Source of the DNA: Polyangiaceae bacterium
GTDB lineage: Bacteria > Myxococcota_A > Polyangia > Polyangiales > Polyangiaceae
NCBI GenBank assembly: GCA_044222475.1
Contig: JBGANF010000147.1
Location: forward strand, 1 to 18,493
Length of the DNA: 18,493 bases
Direction: 5' to 3'
Shown here: in pieces, positions 8,488-18,289 of the stretch
How positions within the stretch are numbered: the stretch's first letter is position 1
Layout: the number at the start of each line of letters is the position of its first letter
Program-made: the position numbers and the translations under genes
Notes under the pieces: generated by a model
What the model saw: only the letters and a program-made list of their open reading frames with translations
Databases searched by the model: none
Told to the model about the DNA's origin: nothing

Positions 8488-9927
8488 ATGGCGCAGCAAC
8501 CGACGGCCGCCGGAAGCGTTCCGCTCGAGCTCCCGGATCGGCTCGTCCAGCTGGCCGTCGCGACGACGGCCGCCACGGTGCACGCCGCCGCGCTCGGGTG
8601 GAGCGGAGTGCCGCTCCGTTGGGCAGGCCCCGCGGTCGCCCTCACCGCGCTCCTGTGGGGCTACGAGGCGCGCCGCGACGAAGGCCGCCGCGGCTGGGTC
8701 GCCGCGATCGCGAGCCTCGCCCTCGGAACGGGCGCCGCGCTGGCCCTCGGTGGGTTGCGCGTCTTCGGTGCCGTGCTGCTCGCCGGCATCGGTACGTCGA
8801 TCGCGTGGGCGCTCGTGGGCGGCCTGCGGCGGGCCACTCTGGTCGAAGGCGCGCTCGATCGCCTGGAGCGGCTGTCGCTGCGGGCCGGCATCGGCCTCGC
8901 GCTCGCCGGAACCGTCGCCATCGCAGCTCCGACGACGCTCGCGGTGGTCTTCGGATCGGTCGCGTGGCTCTTGGCCGGGGTGGTGCTCGCCTCCACGCTG
9001 GTTCGCGACCGGCGTCGAGCGCGGTTCTTCCGCGCGCTTTACTCCGGCGACGTGGCCACCCACCGCATCTCCAGCGACGAGGACGCGCGCGGTCTCGAGC
9101 ATCTTCCTCCGCTCCTCAGCGGCACGCTGACCGACGCGGTCCTGGTGACGAACGACGCAGGCGTCGAGACGTACCGTGGTGGTACCGCCTCGAGACCGGT
9201 CGCGCGCTGCCAGCGAGACAAACGCGATGCGCTCGCCGTCCTCGAGCGGCGCGGGAGCGTCCTCGTGGCCACGCTCGGCGCGATGCTCGGCGTCACGCCG
9301 CTCGCGATCGGCGCGCACGTGCGCTTGGCCGCCGCTCCCCCGCCGGTCGCGCTCGCGGCGGCGGCGCCGCTCGCCGCCCCGCCGACGTGCGTCGAGGCGC
9401 GGCCGTACTTCCGCGAGGCCTTGCCGACGGCGATCCACGGCGTCGGTCGCGCCGTCCTGCTGACGACCGAGCAGGACCCGACGATCGTGCCCGGCACCGG
9501 TGTGCTGCTCCTCGTCCCCGAGAGCGGCGGCTCGGCTCCGCTCGAGATGCGGGGAGCGGCGCTCGGTTGGGCGAACCGTGTACCATGTAGGGACAAGCTC
9601 TCGCTCGACGTGGGCGATCCGAACTACCGTCCGATGACGATCGCCGCCGCCGTCACGCTCGACGGGCTCGTCGCCAAGGCCGACGTCGAGCGCGAGATCC
9701 GCGAGACGGTGAGCGAGATGTTCGAGCGCGACGGGCGAGCCGTGCGCGTCGAGCACGTCGATTTTGGCAGCGAGGAAAAGTCGTTCGGATACGGCGTACG
9801 TTACGCACTGCGCCATGTGCCCGGCGTGAAGTCGGTGAAGGTCGAGCTCAACGGCCACGACGGCGACGAGCCGATGGGCCCGCGCGACTACCCCGTGCTG
9901 GAGAGCTTCACCCTCAGCCTCGAGTGA
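8488..9927 (+). CDS. Multi-pass membrane protein (~479 aa) with C-terminal baseplate-J/gp47-like domain
   Basis: About seven hydrophobic segments, Ala/Pro linker, then a soluble ~180-aa domain with GVGRAVLL, GVLLLVPESGG, PC...DPNY, VDFG, VPGV, LNG, YPVL. ATG 8488 is preceded by TTGCCA-N17-CAGCAT. The CDS is well supported; the domain call is by recalled similarity. Confidence 0.65.
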   Translation: MAQQPTAAGSVPLELPDRLVQLAVATTAATVHAAALGWSGVPLRWAGPAVALTALLWGYEARRDEGRRGWVAAIASLALGTGAALALGGLRVFGAVLLAGIGTSIAWALVGGLRRATLVEGALDRLERLSLRAGIGLALAGTVAIAAPTTLAVVFGSVAWLLAGVVLASTLVRDRRRARFFRALYSGDVATHRISSDEDARGLEHLPPLLSGTLTDAVLVTNDAGVETYRGGTASRPVARCQRDKRDALAVLERRGSVLVATLGAMLGVTPLAIGAHVRLAAAPPPVALAAAAPLAAPPTCVEARPYFREALPTAIHGVGRAVLLTTEQDPTIVPGTGVLLLVPESGGSAPLEMRGAALGWANRVPCRDKLSLDVGDPNYRPMTIAAAVTLDGLVAKADVEREIRETVSEMFERDGRAVRVEHVDFGSEEKSFGYGVRYALRHVPGVKSVKVELNGHDGDEPMGPRDYPVLESFTLSLE

Positions 9928-10029
9928 TCGCGGATGAGTGCGCGCTCGGGTATGCACGTCGCGAAGCGTCGTATGCGGCGTGAGCGCGAGACTTCGCCGA
10001 AAACTGGGCAAAACCGCCGGTGTCCTCTA

Positions 10030-10045
10030 AGGCATGGAGCTTGCT
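10030..10045 (+). promoter_or_regulatory. Putative sigma54 (-24/-12) promoter aGGCATGgagcTTGCt
   Basis: GG at 10031-10032 and GC at 10043-10044 with exact N10 spacing; close to consensus TGGCACG-N4-TTGCW. Confidence 0.65.
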
Positions 10046-10057
10046 GGAGAGGTAACC

Positions 10058-10174
10058 ATGGTCACCGCAGTCAACGAGAGCGAAACCCAGATCCCGTCCG
10101 AACCCGAGCTCGCGGAGGTGCCTGGTGACGCCCGTGACGACGACGAGGACTACAACCTCCCGTTCACGGACTGA
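10058..10174 (+). CDS. Small acidic protein, 38 aa (absent from ORF track)
   Basis: MVTAVNESETQIPSEPELAEVPGDARDDDEDYNLPFTD; 32 of 38 codons end in G/C; GGAGAGG 5 nt before the ATG; directly after the sigma54 motif. Confidence 0.62.
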   Translation: MVTAVNESETQIPSEPELAEVPGDARDDDEDYNLPFTD

Positions 10175-11546
10175 CGTCGCCCCGGCGCTGGCGATCCTCG
10201 CGCTCGGCGCGTTCGTCCTCGGCGTCTCGTGCAAATCGAAATCCGCGCCCGCCAGCGCGAGCGAGCCCGCGCCCGTCGTCTCGACGGTGGCGAGCGCCGC
10301 TGCGAGCCCGAGCGTCGCCTGGGTCGAGAACGACTACGCTGCCGCGCTCGCGCGAGCACGCGCCGAGAAGAAGCTGCTGTTCGTCGACGCATGGGCGACG
10401 TGGTGCCACACGTGTCGGGCGATGCGCGCGTTCGTGCTCACGCCGGAGACGCTCCCGAGAGACGGCTTCGTGTTCCTCGCGGTCGACACCGAGCGGCCCG
10501 AGACTGCGGCGGCGTGCGCGAAGCTCCCGCTGACGGTACTGCCCACGTTCTTCGTCGTCGATCCGCGGGACGAGCGCATCGTCGCCCGCTGGGAGGGCGG
10601 CGCGTCGTCGACCCAGCTTCGCGCGTTCTTCGACGACGCGGCCGCGGTCGCAGCCACCGACGCGGGCGCGTTGGAGCCGTACCGCGTCGCGCTGCGCGAC
10701 GCCGATCGCGCCGAAGCCGAGGGCCGCCACGCCGACGCCGCGGCTCGCTACGACGAGGCGCTCGCCAAGGCCCCGGCGGATTGGGCGCGCAGGCCGGACG
10801 TCCTCGTGCTTCGCATCGGCGCGCTCGCGCGGGCGAAGGATCACGCCGCCTGCGTCGACCTGGCGCGCAAGGAGCACGTGCGGACCGGTCGATCGTCGAG
10901 CGCGACCGACTTCGCGACGATCGCGCTCGACTGCGAGGACAAGTCCGGCGGGCGAGACGCGACGCTCGAGTCCGCGATCGAGGCGCACATCGCTCCGCTG
11001 ACCACCGACGAGAGCGCGCCGCTCTCCGCCGACGATCGCTCCGACGCGTACCGGCTCGTGTGGGAGCTGCGCGAGCGCGCCGGCGATCCCGCCGGAGCGA
11101 AGCGAGTCGCCGCCGATCGCCTCGCGATGCTCGAGCGCGCCGCGGCGAAGGTGGGCGACCCGGAGATCGCCTCGGCCTTCGACGGCGCGAGGCTCGAGAC
11201 GCTGCTGTATCTCGATCGACCCGCCGACGCGGTCACGCTGTTCGTGCAACGCGAGAAGGAGCTGCCGACGGACTACAACGGGTCGTACCGGCTCGCGAAG
11301 GCGCTCCTCGCGGCCGATCGCGCGAACGACGCGCTCGCTGCGGTCGATCGGGCGCTCGCCAACGCGTACGGCGCGCGAAAGGGACAGATCCTCGGCTTCC
11401 GCGCCGACGTGCTGCTGAAGCTCGGTCGCGCGGCGGAGGCGAAGGCCGCGGTCGCCGCGCAGCTCGCGACGTACCAGGGTCTGCCCGAGGGCCAGCGCCA
11501 CCCGGCGTTGGAGAAGGCGACCGCCGATCGCCTCGCGAAGATGTAG
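10125..11546 (+). CDS. Thioredoxin-like (CXXC) plus TPR-like helical repeat lipoprotein
   Basis: GGAGGT before GTG 10125; hydrophobic signal ending LGVSC; W...Y..ALARARAEKKLLFVDAWATWCHTC thioredoxin-like domain with LPTF; Ala-rich helical repeats to the C-terminus. Confidence 0.85.
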   Translation: MTPVTTTRTTTSRSRTDVAPALAILALGAFVLGVSCKSKSAPASASEPAPVVSTVASAAASPSVAWVENDYAAALARARAEKKLLFVDAWATWCHTCRAMRAFVLTPETLPRDGFVFLAVDTERPETAAACAKLPLTVLPTFFVVDPRDERIVARWEGGASSTQLRAFFDDAAAVAATDAGALEPYRVALRDADRAEAEGRHADAAARYDEALAKAPADWARRPDVLVLRIGALARAKDHAACVDLARKEHVRTGRSSSATDFATIALDCEDKSGGRDATLESAIEAHIAPLTTDESAPLSADDRSDAYRLVWELRERAGDPAGAKRVAADRLAMLERAAAKVGDPEIASAFDGARLETLLYLDRPADAVTLFVQREKELPTDYNGSYRLAKALLAADRANDALAAVDRALANAYGARKGQILGFRADVLLKLGRAAEAKAAVAAQLATYQGLPEGQRHPALEKATADRLAKM

Positions 11547-11552
11547 CTCGCG

Positions 11553-12011
11553 CTACTCCTCGCCGCCGGAGTTGAGGAGCTCCATCACCTCGTCGGCGAG
11601 GTCCTCTGCGCGATCGTTCGAGAGCTCGAGCGCATCGACGAGCTGCAGGTCGAACTCGAACTCCTCGTCGCTCGAGTCCATGTCGGCGAGGCCGAGCGCA
11701 TACGACACCTTGTAGACCACCTCGCGCACCGCCGGCCGAAGCGGCTTGGCGAGCGCGCGAAGGCGCTCGTCGGGGTCGGTGCCGTCGGCGCGCTTCTGGA
11801 GCGTGTCGAGGAGCGTGGCGAGCTCCTTCGTCGAAGGCTCCGCGCCCTTCACCCGCGCGACGACGCCGCGAAAGGCGGCAAGCTCCTCGTCCGAGAGCCG
11901 ATGGTCCGCGAAGATCGAGAGGTACGCGATCTCGAGGAGCGCGTCCGCCTCGTCGGGCTGGATCGCGAAGCCTTCGGGGATCACCTTGGGAACGAGCTCG
12001 TGTGCGCTCAT
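11553..12011 (-). CDS. TerB-like (tellurite resistance family) protein
   Basis: ALLEIAYLSIFADHRLSDEE and ALGLADMDSSDEE...LVDALEL, the paired AD-x-x-x-x-x-E helical motifs of the TerB fold. Start ATG 12011 or GTG 12038 (overlapping the upstream stop). Confidence 0.75.
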   Translation of the reverse strand: MSAHELVPKVIPEGFAIQPDEADALLEIAYLSIFADHRLSDEELAAFRGVVARVKGAEPSTKELATLLDTLQKRADGTDPDERLRALAKPLRPAVREVVYKVSYALGLADMDSSDEEFEFDLQLVDALELSNDRAEDLADEVMELLNSGGEE

Positions 12012-12034
12012 GAGGCCTCGGAGCCTACCATCGG

Positions 12035-14728
12035 TCACCCGTCAGGCGCGACCTCATCGACCTCGTCGAGGGCGAGCCCTTGCGGGAGCGCGTCGCCGAA
12101 GAGCTCGGCGCGGTCCGCGGCGGCGAGGGGGACGTGCTCGCGAACCGCGCGCACGAGGTCGTCCTTGGCGCGCACCGCGAGGAGCCGCTTCTCGACGTCC
12201 TTGCGGACGCGGATCGACACGTCGCGCGCGCGGTCGCCGGTGACGCGTGCGAGGCGCACCGCGATCGCGGGGGCGGGCGGGAGGTCGTCCCACTTCTGGC
12301 GGAGGAGCTGCTCGATCCACCGCTCGACGGTCACGGGGTCGACGACGTGGTGTGCGCTCGCGTACGCGGGCTCGCGGGCGCCGATGCGCCCGAGGCACGC
12401 CCACGGGTGGGGCGACCGCTTGCCGAGCGCGAGGTCGAGGACCCACTCGCCGAGCGCGGCGCGGTCGCGGGCGGACGCGCGCTCGAGCGCGGAGACGAGA
12501 TCGAGGAGCTCGCCGTCGGCGAGGGGTCGCCACTTCTTCGGCTTCGCGAGGCCGGCGGAGGGTGGCGCGACGAACGGATCGAGCGCCTCGCGGATGCGTG
12601 ACTGGACGTCGTCGCCGAGGCCGCCGGCGATGCGCCGGTAGGCGACGAACAGCTGCTGCCAACCGCGGGTCTCGTCGGGGAAGGCGAGGCGCTCGGCGAA
12701 CAGGCGCGCCATGAGATCGACGCGCGCCGGATCGCCGGCGTCGCCGAAGCCGGGACGAAGCGTGTATCCTGCAATCGAAAAGAAGATCCGCTCGTGGGTC
12801 GCGCTGCGCTTGCGGGCGCCGGGTTGAGCAGCGAGCGCGTCGAAGAGTGCTCGCAACGTCGGGCCCGTCCACGTCGCGCGGGGGCCGAGGAGCTGGTCGA
12901 GTCGATCCGGGAGCTCCTTTGCGGCCTTCTCGGGCTCGTTCCCGCGGCCGAAGACCGCATCGATCGCCGCGCGCGCGTCCGCGAGCTTCGGGGGGAGCGA
13001 CGGCGGTGGCGGCAACGTGGAGGGCGTCGTGGCGCGCCTCAAGTCGAAGCGGAGGAGATGCCGGCGGCCGCCTTCGCCTTGCTCGGTGAGGTGGATGGCG
13101 AGCGTGCCGGTGTCTTCGAGCGTCGCTCCGAGGCGAACGGGGACCGTCGTCGCGGCGCGCCTCAGATCGTGGCCGTCGATCGCGAGCACGAGCGGCGGGA
13201 GACGCTCGTGCGTGTCGTCGATCGCGACGACGTCGCCGCCGGTCGCAGGGCGGTCGTCGGTGAAGAGATCGAAGCGGACCGGGGCGCCCACCGTGAGCGT
13301 GAACGTCGGCGATGCGAGCTCGACGGTCGCGCCTTCGTCGGTGCCGCGCGGGATCAGCGCGACCGCGCGGGGAGCGCCGGCCCCGCCGGCGCCGACGTAG
13401 TAGCTGCGCGGCGCTCGCGCGACGACGCGATTCCCGCGCTCCGCGCTGAGCGCGTGCAGCACGGCGCCGATCGCGACGGCGCGATCGGGGTCCGCGCTCG
13501 CGACGACGACGACGTCGCGGTCCGAGCGCGTCGCCACGGCGCGTCGCACCGACTCGGTGAACCCGCGCGCGTGGAACACGCCTCCGTGGAAGAGCACCGC
13601 GTCCACCGCGGGCGATGCCTGGCGGTCGAGGAACCGGACGACGTGCCGCGGCACCACGGTGTCCGCCTCGTAGGGGAGCCCGAACCCCACGAGGCCCGCG
13701 CGCGGCCGTGCGGCCGCGTCGAACGCGTCGGGGAAGAAGCCAGCGACGAGGATCGTCTCGACGTCGCTCCGCCGCAGCGGAGCGGTGCGCACGCCGCCGA
13801 CGAGCTTCGCTCCGGCCTCGACGACGCGCACCGGGACCTCGTCGGGACCACCGTCGGCGAGGATCGCTTCCTTCGCGGCGCGGCACCCGGCGACGAGCTG
13901 CGCGAACGCGCCCGGCGCGAGGCGCGCGGGCGGGGCGACGAAGCGAGCCTCGATCGCGTGGGCGAGCGCGAGGTCCATGTTGTCGCCTCCGAGCAGCAGG
14001 TGGCGGCCCACCGCGAGGCGCTCGGCCACGATCGAGTCCCCGTCGCGGTGCGCGCCGAGCAGCGAGAGATCCGTCGTGCCACCGCCGACGTCGCACACGA
14101 GGATCGTCGCGGTGCGGTCACCTCGGGTGAGGTCGTCGACGGCGCCCGCTGCGCGCGCCGCGTAGAACGCGGCGATCGGCTCTTCGAGGAGGCGCGGCGC
14201 GAGGCCAGCGCCGCGCGCAGCTTCCAGCGTGAGCTCGCGGGCGATCTCGTCGAACGACGCGGGGACGGTGAGCACGACCGCCTGCGACGCGAGCGGCGCA
14301 TCGGGGTGGGCGTCGTCCCAGACGCGGCGGACGTGCGCGAGGATCCGCTCGCTCGCACCGACCGGCGAGATGCGCGGGTCGCCTTCGGCCGCGCCGGGCG
14401 GGAGGATCGGCGCGCGGCGATCGACGCGTGCGTGGCACAGCCAGCTCTTGGCGGACGCCACGAGCCGCGCGGGCACCTCGACGCCGCGCCGGCGCGCGAT
14501 CTCTCCGGTGACCCACGGCGCTTCGGCGAAGGGATCCGCCGCGAGCTCGGCTTCGGTCGCGGCGAAGAGCATCGACGGGTAGAGGTCGCGTGCCTCGACC
14601 TGGTGCGGCGCGACGAGCTGACGGATCGGGAACACCTCCGGCGCGGCGCTCGAAGAGAGCGGCGCGAACGCGACCACGGTGTTCGACGTCCCGAGGTCGA
14701 TGCCGACCGCGAACCGCGCGTCGGGCAC
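12035..14728 (-). CDS. Hsp70-family protein with C-terminal DUF3731-like helical domain, ~897 aa
   Basis: GTG 14728; GIDLGTSNT, SAKSWL, LTVPASFD, LEEPIAA, DVGGGTTD, LLGGDNMD, FHGGVF; C-terminal LGPRATW...HERIFFSIAGYTLRPGFG...LGRIGAR...TGDRARD...LFGDALPQGL pattern recognised as DUF3731. Confidence 0.9.
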   Translation of the reverse strand: MPDARFAVGIDLGTSNTVVAFAPLSSSAAPEVFPIRQLVAPHQVEARDLYPSMLFAATEAELAADPFAEAPWVTGEIARRRGVEVPARLVASAKSWLCHARVDRRAPILPPGAAEGDPRISPVGASERILAHVRRVWDDAHPDAPLASQAVVLTVPASFDEIARELTLEAARGAGLAPRLLEEPIAAFYAARAAGAVDDLTRGDRTATILVCDVGGGTTDLSLLGAHRDGDSIVAERLAVGRHLLLGGDNMDLALAHAIEARFVAPPARLAPGAFAQLVAGCRAAKEAILADGGPDEVPVRVVEAGAKLVGGVRTAPLRRSDVETILVAGFFPDAFDAAARPRAGLVGFGLPYEADTVVPRHVVRFLDRQASPAVDAVLFHGGVFHARGFTESVRRAVATRSDRDVVVVASADPDRAVAIGAVLHALSAERGNRVVARAPRSYYVGAGGAGAPRAVALIPRGTDEGATVELASPTFTLTVGAPVRFDLFTDDRPATGGDVVAIDDTHERLPPLVLAIDGHDLRRAATTVPVRLGATLEDTGTLAIHLTEQGEGGRRHLLRFDLRRATTPSTLPPPPSLPPKLADARAAIDAVFGRGNEPEKAAKELPDRLDQLLGPRATWTGPTLRALFDALAAQPGARKRSATHERIFFSIAGYTLRPGFGDAGDPARVDLMARLFAERLAFPDETRGWQQLFVAYRRIAGGLGDDVQSRIREALDPFVAPPSAGLAKPKKWRPLADGELLDLVSALERASARDRAALGEWVLDLALGKRSPHPWACLGRIGAREPAYASAHHVVDPVTVERWIEQLLRQKWDDLPPAPAIAVRLARVTGDRARDVSIRVRKDVEKRLLAVRAKDDLVRAVREHVPLAAADRAELFGDALPQGLALDEVDEVAPDG

Positions 14729-14730
14729 CG

Positions 14731-16479
14731 TCAGGCTCCCTCGCGCACGTTGAGCTCGAGGACGAAGCGATCGGTCTCGCTGCGCGGCTCGAGCGGCACT
14801 GCCTCGAGCTCGAGCGTTCCGATCGCGGTGACGGTCGCGCGCAACCGCACCGGGACGACGTCGCCCTCTTCGCGCCCGTCGGCCGGTACGGCCACGTCGA
14901 TCGGCGCGAGCTCTTCGAGGTCGTCGGACGCCGCGAGGACGGCGCCGGCGCGATCGTCCTTCCGCACGGTGGAGCCGAAGAATCGAAAGCGGACCCGCTC
15001 GCCGACGACGAGCCCGAGACCCTCGGCGACCTCCGCCGTCATCCCTTCTTCCATGCCGAACGGCGCGATGCACAGCGGGGTCACGCGCGGCGTGATCCCC
15101 GGAACCGCGGGGGCGGCTTCCTCGATGCCGACGTAGTACGAGCGCGCCGTTCCACCTCGGATGCGGATCCCGTTCGTCTTGCGCGCTCGCGCATAGGCCG
15201 CTGCGCCTTTGGCGACGCCGCCGTCGTAGTCGGCGCCTTCGAGCACGCGCGCCGGCGGTGCGCCCGCTTCGGCGAGCCAGCGACCGAGGAGGGCCTCGAT
15301 GCGGCGCCGGAGGAGCGGGCTCCTCATCACGCCGCCGTTGAAGAGAATACATGTAGGTTGCAAGTTCCCGTGCCGCCCGAGGAACGACGCGAGGTGCTTC
15401 GTGATCGCGGCGTCGTGGGCGTAGGGCAACCCGACCTGGGTCAAACCGCCCCGCATGCGGACGGCCGGGCGGGCGTCTCGGTCCACGTCGGGGAAGAACC
15501 CCTCCGCGACGATGCGCTCCACGTCGGCCTTGGCGAGCGTCGTCTTCACCGCGCCGCCGACGAGCTTCGCGCCGGGCTTCGCGATCGCGACGGCGACCTC
15601 GCTCGGAGCGTCGTCGCCGAGGAGGCGCTCCTTGGCGGTGCGGCACGCGTGGGCGAGCCCGGCGAGCGGGACGTCGGCCACGTCTTTCCCTTCGGCTTCG
15701 AGCTTCTGGCGGGCGAGGTGGGCGAGCGCGAGGTCCATGTTGTCGCCGCCGAGCAGGATGTGCTCGCCGACGGCGACGCGCTCGAGCGCGAGGTTGCCGT
15801 CGACGTCGCGCACCGTGATCGCGGAGAAGTCGGTCGTGCCTCCGCCGACGTCGACCACGAGCAGGAGATCCCCGGGCGCGAGCTCCTTGCGGAAGCGATC
15901 ACCCCGCGCGGCGATCCACGCGTAGACGGCGGCCTGAGGCTCTTCGAGCAGGGTCACGCCCTCGAGGCCGGCCGCAAAGGCGGCCTCGACCGTGAGCTCG
16001 CGGGCTGCGGCGTCGAAGCTCGCCGGCACGGTCAGCACGATGTCCTCGTCCGCGAGGTTGCGACCGGTCGTGTGGGCGTACGCCTCGACGACGTGCTCGA
16101 GGTAACGCCACGAGGCTTCGACGGGCGAGATCTTCTCGACGTCTTCGGGCGCGCTCTGCGGGAGGATCGGCGCGCGGCGATCGACGGAGCGGTGGGCGAG
16201 CCAACTCTTGGCGCTCGAGATGACGCGGGTCGGAGCCTGGGTCGCCCGCTCCTGCGCGTACGTGCCCACGGCGAAGGTCCGCTTCTCGTCCCAGGGCAGC
16301 GGAAGCGGTCCCTCGCTGGGGTGGGGGAAGTAGACGAACGAGGGGAGGAGGGGCAGGGAAGACACCGTCCGTCCCCCGCCCGCCACCTGGGCGATCGGGA
16401 GCAGCGCCGGGGCATCTTCGTCGTCCGCGAACGCGCAGACGGTATGGGTCGTGCCGAGGTCGATCCCGACGGTCCGCAT
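14731..16479 (-). CDS. Hsp70-family protein (non-canonical, lacking helical lid), ~582 aa
   Basis: ATG 16479; GIDLGTTHT, SAKSWL, LTVPASFD, LEEPQAA, DVGGGTTD, LLGGDNMD, FNGGV, then RSYYVGIE beta-domain ending FVLELNVREGA. Confidence 0.92.
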   Translation of the reverse strand: MRTVGIDLGTTHTVCAFADDEDAPALLPIAQVAGGGRTVSSLPLLPSFVYFPHPSEGPLPLPWDEKRTFAVGTYAQERATQAPTRVISSAKSWLAHRSVDRRAPILPQSAPEDVEKISPVEASWRYLEHVVEAYAHTTGRNLADEDIVLTVPASFDAAARELTVEAAFAAGLEGVTLLEEPQAAVYAWIAARGDRFRKELAPGDLLLVVDVGGGTTDFSAITVRDVDGNLALERVAVGEHILLGGDNMDLALAHLARQKLEAEGKDVADVPLAGLAHACRTAKERLLGDDAPSEVAVAIAKPGAKLVGGAVKTTLAKADVERIVAEGFFPDVDRDARPAVRMRGGLTQVGLPYAHDAAITKHLASFLGRHGNLQPTCILFNGGVMRSPLLRRRIEALLGRWLAEAGAPPARVLEGADYDGGVAKGAAAYARARKTNGIRIRGGTARSYYVGIEEAAPAVPGITPRVTPLCIAPFGMEEGMTAEVAEGLGLVVGERVRFRFFGSTVRKDDRAGAVLAASDDLEELAPIDVAVPADGREEGDVVPVRLRATVTAIGTLELEAVPLEPRSETDRFVLELNVREGA

Positions 16480-16527
16480 GGCCCCCACCCTAGCAAAGGA
16501 GGGGTGCGCGGAGTACGATTCGAGGCA

Positions 16528-18285
<1,758 letters not shown>

Positions 18286-18289
18286 CTTG

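Noticed and set aside
9934..10128. 64-aa ORF from the track
   Set aside because: Arg-rich, atypical codon usage, overlaps the sigma54 motif and the better-supported 38-aa ORF in another frame.
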